Origin: an uncultured Planctomycetota bacterium
GTDB lineage: Bacteria > Planctomycetota > Planctomycetia > Isosphaerales > Isosphaeraceae
DNA length: 64,000 nucleotides
Assembly (NCBI GenBank): GCA_963823665.1
Contig: CAWGMQ010000011.1
Coordinates: 288,001-352,000, forward strand
Direction: 5' to 3'
How positions within the stretch are numbered: the stretch's first letter is position 1; the number at the start of each line of letters is the position of its first letter. A model generated the notes under the pieces. The model had not been told where the DNA came from and searched no databases. It worked only from the letters and a program-made list of their open reading frames with translations. Position numbers and translations under genes: made by a program. Positions 19,788 to 30,100 of the stretch are shown piece after piece.

Positions 19788-20291
19788 ATGAACACCCCCA
19801 TCCTCAAAATCGAAGGCTCCGTCGACCACCCCCTGGCCCTCACCTACACCGACCTCGCGGCCTTTCCCGTGTCGGCCCAGTTTGCCGATGTCTCGCGGCT
19901 CCATCCCACTCGCCGCGGCGATGGCGTCACCCTCGACGCCATCCTGGACCAAGCCCGCATTCGCCCCAGCGCAAACTTCGTGATCCTGCACGCCGACCGC
20001 GACGATTTCCACGTCTGCGTGCCGCTCGAATCGATCAGGGGCCAGGGCATCGTCGTGTACAAGATCGGCTCAGACCCCCTGGCCACCGAGCACGGCGGCC
20101 CGATCCGCCTGATCATCCGCGATCCTTCCGCCTGCCACACCGGCGACCTCGACGACTGCGCCAATGTGAAGTACCTGAGCCGCGTCGAGCTCACCGACCG
20201 CCGCGGCCGCGACACCCGCCCGGAAACGGAGGCGGCACACACGGCCCTGCACGAGGCGCAAGCCGGACCGGCAAGCGAACCATCTGCTTGA
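19788..20291 (+). CDS. Small molybdopterin-oxidoreductase-fold protein
   Basis: LKIEGSVDHPLALTYTDL, GVTLDAIL, PLATEHGGPIRLII...NVKYLSRVEL. Confidence 0.75.
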   Translation: MNTPILKIEGSVDHPLALTYTDLAAFPVSAQFADVSRLHPTRRGDGVTLDAILDQARIRPSANFVILHADRDDFHVCVPLESIRGQGIVVYKIGSDPLATEHGGPIRLIIRDPSACHTGDLDDCANVKYLSRVELTDRRGRDTRPETEAAHTALHEAQAGPASEPSA

Positions 20292-20316
20292 TCCGTGCTT
20301 GCGGCTCCCTGATTCC

Positions 20317-20342
20317 GGGAGTGCGAGGCTCACGCCGAGCCG
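20317..20342. repeat. Single REP-like hairpin between convergent genes
   Basis: GGGAGTGCGAGGCTC-ACGCC-GAGCCG; resembles a planctomycete REP class from memory, one copy only here. Confidence 0.4.
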
Positions 20343-20373
20343 CGCCTGCGTGTACTGACCCTGGTTCCGCCGC

Positions 20374-20937
20374 TCAATCCTCGTCCAGCCCCATCAGCCT
20401 ACTGATCACGCACGGGTCAATAACTTCCTCGACGCTGCTCGGGCCGTTTTGGAATTGCTCGAACAAATCCTCAAGACCTTGGAGAATTCCATCAACCGTT
20501 CGAGGTGGATTCGTGGCCAAGTCGATAAGCTCCATCGCCGAGTAAGCCGCCCGGCGAACACGGTCTTCTTCAATTCGATTGGTAAGTATTGTGTGCAGGA
20601 ATCTCACGATTTCAGCGCGGTGCCTGTAAGTGCCGAGCTCGCCGAGCCACGTGATCGCCATCGACCGAACGCTTGGGGCGGGATCATCCACTGCGAGTCG
20701 TTCGAAGATCTGCTTGTAGTCCGGCAAAGCTTGATCAAACTTCCCTAGAAAGTTCACCGCACACTCTCTTTTTTCAACGTCGGTGTCGCTTAACAACGCC
20801 CGCACCAAATCCGGGTCATTCTTGAGAATTTCAACCGAATGCCCAAGCTTGGCCTCGATGTCAGCTTTGAAGTGGGCCTCGAGGTCGCGTTGTGACGTGC
20901 TCAAACTCTGCATCAACTCATAAAGGTCCCACGACAT
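20374..20937 (-). CDS. HEAT-repeat protein
   Basis: DTDVEKRECAVNFLG, DPAPSVRSMAITWLG, EEDRVRRAAYSAM; start moved to ATG 20937. Confidence 0.75.
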   Translation of the reverse strand: MSWDLYELMQSLSTSQRDLEAHFKADIEAKLGHSVEILKNDPDLVRALLSDTDVEKRECAVNFLGKFDQALPDYKQIFERLAVDDPAPSVRSMAITWLGELGTYRHRAEIVRFLHTILTNRIEEDRVRRAAYSAMELIDLATNPPRTVDGILQGLEDLFEQFQNGPSSVEEVIDPCVISRLMGLDED

Positions 20938-21259
20938 CGATCCACTCCGATTCACGCGCCCTCGGTCAAGTTCATCCGCAACGGTCTTTTCATAAGAGCG
21001 ATTGGCGGGGCTACAACCCAGGCGCGATCCGCGCGGTGTGGTCATAATCATGCGCCGTGACGCAATACGGTTCGCCTAATGCTACCATCAGACCGCCTTC
21101 CTCAGCCATGAACTGCTTGAGCTTGGCCAAGACAAACACTGTGCAACTCTGGGCTGATGGAAATCGTGGGTTTTTTGGGACCGTTTCGGGTTGACACCTG
21201 GGACTGGAATTGTTGCGCTGTGCACCGTTGTGGCAGGATGCCCCCTTCGGAGATTTCGC

Positions 21260-21620
21260 ATGGACGCGACGACACAGACGTGCCAACAGGACGAACAGCC
21301 GGCCTACACAACTTCCAAGCAAGTGCAAGCTTGGTTCCTTAGACGCAGCCGCGACCGCTGGAAGAGAAAACACTCAAAACTCAAGGTAGAGTCCAAGCGG
21401 CTCCGCCAGCGCGTCTCGGACGTTTGCAGTAGCCGAGATAGTTGGCGGAGCGAAGCTAAAGCGGCCCGTGAAGAGGCGCAGAGCTGCAGGCTCAGAACGC
21501 CGCTCTTCAGGCTCAACTCGTCGCACACACAGACGAAGCTCAAAAAAAAAGTAGCCGGCTCTCTCGCCTTGTTTGATGACCCGTCTTTCGCGGAAACACC
21601 CGCCGACCACGGCTATTCAT
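21260..21620 (+). pseudogene. Coiled-coil OrfA and 5' end of the outer-IS transposase
   Basis: MDATTQ...WFLRRSRDRWKRKHSKLKVESKRLRQRVSDV; A9 run 21542-21550; ...PADHGYS then IS1634. Confidence 0.75.
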
Positions 21621-24256
21621 CTGACGTTCCGCACATCTGCCCCTGATTATCTCCGAATTACCGCCGCCCAAGTCAGTCGACGAGGGCTGGGCAGCGCCGA
21701 TTACACCGAGGCTGGCCCAGGGACGCGATGTGACTCGCGGCCGCACGGCCATTGCCTCGCGCACGCGTCCGGTGTGATCGCCGCGGTTCGCGCCCGCTCG
21801 CCGGTAGGCCACTACACCAAGACTCCCTGCCTGACATCGACATCTTCTCGTCAAGTCAAGCCTAACCGCAGTGTCCAATTCCACGAGCCAGAAATTTCTG
21901 TAATTCTTCAGTTGGCCGATCTTCGACGTAAGTCTCGCCGAGTGTGACAACCCAAGTAGCCAGTCGAGAACATCTTTGTCCTTCCCCCAGAGAAAGAGCT
22001 GTTTTTCTCGGGAAAAAGCGCTTCTCGAAATCACCAAGCGCGATTTGACCAACCGTTTGTCGAAATCGAGTCCCGACGTAGGTCCAATTCGACGCGACTT
22101 ACGTCAAATTACAACATCATACTTAAGGTGGCGGAATCCGTGGATGCCTTGAAGATTTCTCCTCCAGGACAATCATGTCCGCAGGAATCTCGGCGAGACA
22201 GTCGCTCTGCTTCATGTGTCCAGAGCGGCCCCAGCGTATCTTGTCTATGCCGATCACACGCGTTCCTAAGGAGCAACACGGATGCAGAAGCCCAAGAAAC
22301 GACACGTTCCTTCTTCGACTGTCCCCCCACGCCCCGGTGAGATCGCTCGCGCCAAGGGACAGGCTCTTAGCTCGTACCGAATCGACGCCCTACCTGTCGT
22401 CAGTCAACTCCTCGAACGCATGCGCCTCGACGAGTTTCTCCGATCGTATCTCCCACGCGCCGATCGGCGCTGCCGAATCGCTCCTACGCTGGGAATCTCG
22501 CTCCTGCTCAAAAATGTTCTCCTCTCCCGCGAGCCTTTGTACGGCATCGGAGAATGGGCGGCGAGGTTTGCTCCTGAGGCACTCGGCTTCAACGACAGCC
22601 AACTGCCTTCTCTCAACGACGACCGGATAGGACGCTGTCTCGATCGCTTGTTCCAAAGCGATATCACCTCATTGGTCCTGGCGCTGGTGGCCCATGTGAT
22701 CAAAGAATTCGACGTGGACCTCGACGAGCTCCACAACGACTCCACCACCATCACCTTCCATGGTGCATACGCTGACGCGGCCAAGGAAGAAATGCGGGGC
22801 AAACGGACCAGGATGGCGATCACCTGGGGTTACAACAAGGATCATCGCCCAGACCTTAAGCAACTACTTTACATCCTCACAGTGGCCAAGGACGGTGCCG
22901 TTCCGTTGTACTTCCAGGTTGCCAGCGGCAACGTGGCGGACGATCAAACCCACCGCGCTACCTGGGATCTTCTCTGTCGCCTGACGGGAAGGCGAGATTT
23001 CCTCTACGTCGCGGACTGCAAGCTGGCCAGCGCCGAGAACATGGCCCATATCCATCAACGCCAAGGCCGGTTTTTAACCGTGCTGCCGCGGACTCGGTCA
23101 GAGGACGGCATCTTCCGAGACTCACTCGGCAGTGGCCAGATCCAGTGGCGGCACATCCATGACAAGCGAAATGACGACGGCAAGATTGTGGATAAGTACT
23201 CGATCTCCGAGCCGGGTTCGCTGAGCGTCGAAGGATACCGACTGGTTTGGTACCACAGTACGCGCAAAGCCGAGCAGGATTCCCATGCGCGTCATCAACA
23301 GGTCGAAAGAGCCTTGATCGAATTGTCGGAGCTGCGTTTGAAGCTCTCATCTCCGCGGACGCGGTTTCGACAAGAGGCGAAGGTTGTGGATGCCGTTCAG
23401 GAAATCCTCCGGGCGCAGGGCGCTGAGAATTGGATCGTCACGGAGATCAAAGAGCGAACCGAGGAGAGGTTCCGCCAGGACCGGCGAGGTCGACCGAATG
23501 ATCAAACGCGATACGTCAGGAAGACGAGCACTCGCTTCGAGCTGGCGTATCACATCGATCACGAGAGACTCGTCGCGGAAACGGCGGGTGACGGAGTCTT
23601 CCCTTTGATCACGAACGACCATTCACTGTCGGGCTTGGAAATGTTGCTGGCCTACAAGGGCCAGCCGGCACTGGAGAAACGGTTTTCGCACTTGAAGACG
23701 GACTTCGAAGTCGCCCCGGTTTATCTTAAGGAGGCCAGCCGGATTCAGGCGTTGCTCTGTGTCTATTTTCTGGTGCTCCTGGCTGAATCGCTACTCGAAC
23801 GCGAGCTGCGTCGTGCCATGGACCGCGAGGCGATTGAAAGCCTGCCTCTGTATCCAGAAAGTCGGAAGTGTCGCCATCCCACAGCTCGTCGGCTGATCGA
23901 CCTGTTCGAGGATGTGCAACGGCACTCGCTGCAAGTCGGACGGCGACCGTCAGTGGTTTTCACAACTCAATTGAGCCGGCTGCAACGGCAGGTGCTGCGT
24001 CTGCTTGGTATGTCGAAAGTCTACGATGGCTGATTTGGTCAGCCAGCGTGCGACTGTTCTCGACGGCGCTGAACCGCAAGACATAAGCGTGAGCGGATAA
24101 CAACTCTTGCGATAGTCAAGCAGTCGAGCCCTCAAATCGACCATGGGTTGCGAGCGGTAATCGACTGCTGACTTGCGTGAGAGACCCCCAGCGCCTGCCC
24201 GATTTACCGCCGGGCGATATTCCGGGATAATCAAGGGCAGATGTGCGGAACGTCAG
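21621..24256 (+). mobile_element. IS1634-family element, apparently complete
   Basis: ~37-bp TIRs starting CTGACGTTCCGCACATCTGCCC; 6-bp duplication ATTCAT at 21615-21620 and 24257-24262. Confidence 0.93.
22282..24033 (+). CDS. IS1634-family transposase
   Basis: LHNDSTT, GYNKDHRPDLKQ, YVADCKL, YKGQPALEKRFSHLK, PVYLK; uninterrupted 583 aa. Confidence 0.93.
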   Translation: MQKPKKRHVPSSTVPPRPGEIARAKGQALSSYRIDALPVVSQLLERMRLDEFLRSYLPRADRRCRIAPTLGISLLLKNVLLSREPLYGIGEWAARFAPEALGFNDSQLPSLNDDRIGRCLDRLFQSDITSLVLALVAHVIKEFDVDLDELHNDSTTITFHGAYADAAKEEMRGKRTRMAITWGYNKDHRPDLKQLLYILTVAKDGAVPLYFQVASGNVADDQTHRATWDLLCRLTGRRDFLYVADCKLASAENMAHIHQRQGRFLTVLPRTRSEDGIFRDSLGSGQIQWRHIHDKRNDDGKIVDKYSISEPGSLSVEGYRLVWYHSTRKAEQDSHARHQQVERALIELSELRLKLSSPRTRFRQEAKVVDAVQEILRAQGAENWIVTEIKERTEERFRQDRRGRPNDQTRYVRKTSTRFELAYHIDHERLVAETAGDGVFPLITNDHSLSGLEMLLAYKGQPALEKRFSHLKTDFEVAPVYLKEASRIQALLCVYFLVLLAESLLERELRRAMDREAIESLPLYPESRKCRHPTARRLIDLFEDVQRHSLQVGRRPSVVFTTQLSRLQRQVLRLLGMSKVYDG

Positions 24257-25527
24257 ATTCATGCAGCGTGATTGCGCTATTTCTCGGCCTAATTCAACTC
24301 GGAGTCTCGTTGCGTGCAACGAGCCGAGTGCTGGATTTCTTTGCCAGGTTCTTCGACCTGCCGTTCTCTGCTCCAGACTGGACCACAGGCCGCATGTGGT
24401 TGCTTCGGTTTGGCCTGGCTCAATTGACCGCGACCAAGGAACAGGCTGACGACTGGGTCTGGCAAATTGATCATTCGGTCCAGATCGGCAAGCAGAAAGT
24501 TCTGGCAATCCTGGGAATCCGGTTAGTCGATTTGCCAATGCCCGAGCGGCCCCTGCGTTCCGAGGATATGGTCTTAATCGATCTGGTGCCGATGATAACA
24601 TACTCGCGAGCGGACGTCGCTGAGCGTCTCGAGGAGGTGACTGCCCGGACGACTGTTCCTCGCGCAATCGTCGACGATCACGGTGTCGACCTGAATGGCG
24701 GCGTGCAAATCTTTCAACAGAGCCACCCGGAGACCGTGGAAATCTACGACGCTAAACACAAGGCGGCATGCCTGCTGAAATCGCGATTAGAAAAGAACCC
24801 GCGTTGGATGAGTTTCTGTACGCGAGTGGGACAAGCACGCTGCGCAATCCAGCAAACAGAATTGGGAGCGTTGGCACCACCAGGCCCCAAGCCGAAGGCG
24901 CGGTTTATGAACCTCGAGGGGCAATTGAACTGGGCCGACAAGATTCTCGGCCTTCTCGATAGTGTTCCGGGATCGATGCCATCTTGGTGCACGCCAGAAC
25001 GGCTGGAAGAGAAACTTGGCTGGGTGCGCGAGTTTCGCGACGACTTGGCTCAGTGGCGGGAGTGGCAAGCAATCATGGACACGACCGTCGGTTTTGTGGC
25101 GAGCGAAGGCATCCACGTGAAGGCAGCCCGCATGTTGAGCAGGAAGCTACGCCCTCTGGCACAAACCGCTGAGGGACTTCGATTCGCGGCAGACTTGGTC
25201 AAGTTCGTAAAACAACAAACGAAAAAGGCAAAGCCGGGCGAGCGCTTGCCAGGCAGTACCGAAGTGTTGGAGTCGTGCTTTGGGAGGTTTAAGAATCTGG
25301 AGAAAGACCAAGCGAAGGGGGGATTTACAAGTTTGTTGCTGGGATTCGGCACGTTGTTCGCCGAAGTGACCGTTGATACCGTGAAGGAAGCCATGCGCGC
25401 TGTGGGAACGAACGGAATCAGAGAGTGGTGTGCGAAGCATCTCGGACAGACGCTATTTTCGCAACGAAAAGAGGCCTTTGGTATAGCTGCGAATGCGCAA
25501 CAAAAACTGGCAGAACCAGCCGTATGA
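24257..25527 (+). pseudogene. 3' part of the outer-IS transposase
   Basis: IDHSVQIG, IVDDHG, YDAKHKAA, GSTEVLESCFGRFK; rejoins in frame as HGYSCSV once IS1634 and one ATTCAT are removed. Confidence 0.85.
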
Positions 25528-25560
25528 TATGCTCAGTGCTATTCGTCAGCCCAGAGCAAC

Positions 25561-25929
25561 TCACGGGCGAGGCAGCACCGCTCTGTGGTCGTCGTGAAGA
25601 ACATCTTGCATCTGCTCCAATTCAACGATTCGGGCGTAGAGCCGGGCGCTGTGTCGATGAAACTGCCATGCAGTCAAGGTGCTCATCAGGGCCATGGAGA
25701 TGAGCAGGACGCAGTTGGCGATTGCCAGGGCCGCGACAACCCTATTGCACAGGCACCATCTCCAGAGCCGCTCGACCGCGCTCCATTTTGCCATAGCACG
25801 AGCGCACTCGGCACACCATTGTTCAATCCCTCGATTGCCGACCTGGATCCAGCCGGAGGGTGGGCCGTAGCCCACACGAACCTCCTGCTTACCGCACGCG
25901 TCGCATTTCCATTGGCATGTTGCACTCAT
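25561..25929 (-). CDS. Hypothetical protein: CxxC...CxxC, TM helix, short coiled coil
   Basis: CDAC...CAEC; VVAALAIANCVLLISMALM. Confidence 0.55.
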   Translation of the reverse strand: MSATCQWKCDACGKQEVRVGYGPPSGWIQVGNRGIEQWCAECARAMAKWSAVERLWRWCLCNRVVAALAIANCVLLISMALMSTLTAWQFHRHSARLYARIVELEQMQDVLHDDHRAVLPRP

Positions 25930-26066
25930 GGTACCCGCTCCAGCAACGCGGCTGCGCATCCAATTAAGACCGTTCGATCCCAGACACGGCCCGCGTATCT
26001 CCATCTTCGTTTTCTGCTATTCCTGGAAGTACGTATCGGCAGCTCCCTTGCCTCTCCGACCAGTGG

Positions 26067-26510
26067 TCAAAGCGCCAGCGAGGGATCCTCCAAGGCTGGT
26101 TCCGGCACCGGCGGGTCGGGCGCGATCGACTCCCATGGGTAAATCGAACCGAGTTCGTATTTTGACACAAGCTCATGGTAGTAATCTGCCACACGATCCT
26201 CAAATCTCACCAGTTGCCCCAGGTATTTCTGCGCCCGCTCGTTCTGGCGAACAATGCGCAGATCATGCTCATCGCGCGCCTGTTTGCGCTGTTGCTCAAT
26301 GCTCATCCCGAACACAATCTGGTTATGTAAACCTGCTGCTCTATTCCGGTGATACTGTTCAAGACGAAAGAACTCGGCCGCTTTTGTCCGATAGAAAGCC
26401 GCCTTCGGGCCGTCGCGCATGACCCCCACCCAGACGCGAATCCCACTCGCGATCACCGCGACAAGACACATCGCCGCCAGAACGGTCACACGCGGACGCG
26501 ACCATCGCAT
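26067..26510 (-). CDS. Hypothetical protein with N-terminal anchor and KYE...YPW...PDPP tail
   Basis: MRWSRPRVTVLAAMCLVAVIA; tail of a kind I associate with Isosphaeraceae paralog families. Confidence 0.75.
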   Translation of the reverse strand: MRWSRPRVTVLAAMCLVAVIASGIRVWVGVMRDGPKAAFYRTKAAEFFRLEQYHRNRAAGLHNQIVFGMSIEQQRKQARDEHDLRIVRQNERAQKYLGQLVRFEDRVADYYHELVSKYELGSIYPWESIAPDPPVPEPALEDPSLAL

Positions 26511-26620
26511 ACCGGTTGTCTCACGCGAACAACGAAGAACAACAAGCCGATCCGTTGGTGTTACACCTGATGAGCCCGAAAGTCCCGCCGCTCAATGCCG
26601 TCTGAACCCCACAGCATCGC

Positions 26621-27136
26621 TCACGCGCCACCACCAAGCAGCTTCACAAACGCCCACGCCAGCACGATCACCGTGACGGCCCCCGACCCGAACGCCGCCA
26701 CCAGCACGCCGGCTGCGGCAATCTCGCGTGCAGTCTTCAACATCGGCTCCTCAGGGTCGCCCACGGCTCGCGCCAGCGTGTCAACCGCGCTGTGGGAAAG
26801 CTCGGCGATCAAGACCAGACAGGCGCCGACGACCAGCAGACACCACCCGCGCTGATCGACGCCCAGGAGCGCGGCGGTGATCACAATCAGCGTTCCCCGG
26901 TAGCCGTGCGCAAAGAAGCTCGAATCGCCCCGGATCGCCGACTTGAGCCCTCGCCAGCCCGCGGCCAGTTTGCCGCGCGCGTTCCCCCGATCGGCGTGGG
27001 CGGTCGGTTCCGACGGCTCCTCTTCGGTCCAGTCGCGCTCGACATAACCGGGGGGCACGGGCAGCGACAGCGGCCGGCTCGCCTCGCCCTCCACGTCTGC
27101 CACGCCGGTCTCGCCGGGCCGTCCTGGGTCGATCAT
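26621..27136 (-). CDS. Prokaryotic diacylglycerol kinase (DgkA)-family membrane protein, divergent
   Basis: AGWRGLKSAIRGDSSF, LVLIAELSHSAVDTL, KTAREIAAAGVLVA; three TM segments. Confidence 0.75.
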   Translation of the reverse strand: MIDPGRPGETGVADVEGEASRPLSLPVPPGYVERDWTEEEPSEPTAHADRGNARGKLAAGWRGLKSAIRGDSSFFAHGYRGTLIVITAALLGVDQRGWCLLVVGACLVLIAELSHSAVDTLARAVGDPEEPMLKTAREIAAAGVLVAAFGSGAVTVIVLAWAFVKLLGGGA

Positions 27137-27198
27137 GGCTGTCACCCTCGCGACTCGACAGAACACAACACCGCACAATTCGACGCGACCGCCGTGGC

Positions 27199-30100
27199 TT
27201 ACTGGGTGGGAGCAAATCGCGTGTCAACCTGGCTGTTGCCCGCGGCCGATCCCGACCTCATGCCGCCAATTCGCGGAACGATCTGAACCGCGAACGTGTA
27301 GGCGTTCATACGCTGCGGGTCGACGGACAGCCCGATCGTCGTCAAGTAATCGGCCCCGATCCGAGTGAATGAGAACATCGATGCGAGCAGAATTGCGTCG
27401 CCGAAGTCGTATGACGTCGAATAAGTACCATACCACTTGGGTGAGAGCCAATAGCTGATCGACACGTTGGCCGCCGAGGTCTTGATCGGCCCGGTGTCGA
27501 TGATGGAGTAGCCAAAGTAGAGGTTTGCCCGCGGCGGACGGCTGATCGAAACGCCGGAGGTGATGATGTTCAGGCCGTTCGGGTTGTAGCCGGTCGTCAT
27601 GTTGTTGTTGAGCGGCGAGCTGCCAACCAGCTTGAAAAACTCGAACCAGCCTGCCGAGACGATGCTGGTGCGGTCGCCGATATACCACTGCCAGTTGTAC
27701 ATCGTTTGGCCCCACGGCGTGCCGAAGTTGTCGCGCTGCGCATAGGGAAAATACGTCGTGGAGGCATCCAGCGTCATGTAATCCACGATCCGCCGCTTGC
27801 CCACCGGCCCCCGCTTGGTTTGCAGGCGCTGGTGAATGCCCAGTTGCACCGTGTCGATCGAGCCCTGAATGTCGGTCGTGCCCGTGATCGGCGAGAGCGT
27901 CTGACGCAGAAGCAGGTGCCTCGGATCATAAGGAAACGGCAAGAGCCCGCCGGTGAAGCTCGTGAGTGCAAGATAGCGCCGCACGTATTCGTACGTGTTG
28001 TCGTCCAGATCGTCCTGTACGGCGATGCTGTTGAGCCTCTGATTCGACCACGCGAGGCGGCTATCGGTGAACAGGCTGATCTTGTTGTTGAGCCCGTGCA
28101 CGTTCCAGAGATCGCTCTCCACCCACGGATACAACTTGTAAGCGGTGAACTCCGTGCGAATTCCCGCACCCCCCCAGGCTCTTCCCATCGCACCGTTTGG
28201 AAGATGGCCGAGCGGTCCGCCACCGAGCTGGTCCGACCAGCCCACGAGCTGGCCCTGGACGTAAGGCACCACGCGGAAGACGTTGCCCAGGTTGAGCGGC
28301 ATGTCCAGCTCGTGATTGGTGTAGAATCGTCCCGCTGAAAACGTCCCGGTCGTATTCGAGATCGGGTCAAACGGGAGAAACGCGAACAGGTTGGGATTAT
28401 TCACCATGATGTCGGTGTGCGTGACGGCGTAGTCGGCGCCCGAGTGCTGGAAGTAGCTGAACAGATTGTTGAAGAACGAATCGCCCAGGCGATAGTAATC
28501 GGCCCGCGGCAGCCACTGGGTGTCTGTTACCCAGTTCTGCAGGTTGCCTTCGGTCCAGATGGTGGCGACCTGGTTGTTCTTCTGCCAGATCCCGTAGGCG
28601 AGCGTTTCCTGGTCCATTCCGGTGTCGAATAGCCGCTTGAAATACTCTTCGATGAAGTTTCGGTCCGACGCGGTGCCGACTTCGAGCTGGAGCCGCATTT
28701 CCTCGAAGAGGTGATCATCGTCTTCGGGCAGGAATCGCTGATTGTGGCGGAAGGTCAGCCGTTCCCGATCGGCTTGAAACGGCGGGTCCGACGAGCGCTG
28801 GAACCCGGCCTTGCCGGCTCCCGCCGGGCCGTTGGTCACGATCGCCGGCCCCGTGCCGAGTACGTCGATCCCGGCGTCCTGGAGCCCCCAGATGTCGAAA
28901 AAGCCCCAGTAGTTCTGGGTGATATGGTCGGGGCCAATGGGCTTCTCTCGATACGGATCCTGCAGGTCGCGGATCAGGTCAGAGCCGTACCATCCCGCCT
29001 CGCTTCCCAGCGCCGGAAAGTTCTTCGTTCGTTTGCTCAGGTAGTCGACGTCGACATTCCACAGATCGACGAACTTGGGCTTGCGCATGCCGAGCAGCCG
29101 GAAGCCGTTCCAGTCGGTCGTCAAATACTGGCCGAAGTAATTGACCGTGTTGAAGCCGATCATCCGCAACACGGGCTGCTGATCGTCGAGGTCTTCGTTG
29201 ATCCTCGGCCAGAAGAAAAGTGGAAGCGGGCCGCCCCAGTAGAAGACCTGCCGCGCGTCGAGGTTCCAGACCTGCTCCTCCTTGGCCGGAGCGGGTTTAT
29301 CGGGATCGTTGTCCTCCTGGCCCGTGTCGGGATTGGTGAGTGGCCGGGTTTTCCGGGTCAGATCCATCGTCTTGGCACTGAGCGAGTATCCAGGATTGGG
29401 AAAGCGGCTGCCCGTCATGAGCGCGCTGGGCAGCCGGATCTCGGGATCCTCGGCGAGAGTGAACGTGCCGTTGGGCAACATGACGGGACGCCGAAACTGC
29501 TCGATCCGCGGCGACGACATCCGGACCGGCGCCAGCAGCGACGGAACAAACATGTCGATCTCGCCGTTCGGCGCCAGCATGCGGTCCGTGAGGAAATCAT
29601 AGTAGAGCTGCGGCGCGCGCACGGTCCGCTGGTCGCCCTTGCCGGCATACTTGTTCTCGTCTTGTCGCAGGATCACGTTGCCTTCGAGATAGACTTCCAT
29701 CGGCTGGTGTGCATCGTCGACGAACAGATCGCCCGCCGGGGATTTGAAGGGCGCTCCCTTCGCGGGGCTTTTGCCGCGCCAGATGATGGCCGCGTCGGCC
29801 TCGATGTCGATGATTCCGAATTTTGGCGCCTGTGTGACGATGTTGACGCCGTTGCGCACGATATATGTTTCCGCGCCGTCCGGCGACGTGGCCAGCTTGT
29901 GCAAGTCGAGCGGTTGCCCGCTGCGGCTGAAGATCCTCGTCACCCGCTGGCTGCCGGGAACGATGGGCACACCGGGCAGCTCCGCCTCGGGGCGGTCCTC
30001 CACCTCGGTGCGCGGCTGATCCGGCAAGTCGGGCACCGTCACCGCTCCGTCGGCACCTGGCAGCGGTTGCAGGTCCACCGGCGGCCGTTGTTGCGCTCCT

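Larger units (their letters stand above)
21147..25556 (+). mobile_element. Outer insertion sequence (DDE with DxxH motif; family unassigned), interrupted by IS1634
   Basis: TIRs CTCTGGGCTGATGG (21147) and reverse complement CTCTGGGCTGACGA (ends 25556); flanking CAA at 21144-21146 and 25557-25559. Confidence 0.85.

Noticed and set aside
21011..21146. Small ORF restored by removing the outer IS (MSCTVFVLAKLKQF...)
   Set aside because: Has a GTGA overlap but is only ~46 aa with no motif, and another frame is equally plausible.
24241..24262. ATG 24241 as transposase start
   Set aside because: It lies inside the IS1634 right TIR; the real 5' end is before 21620.
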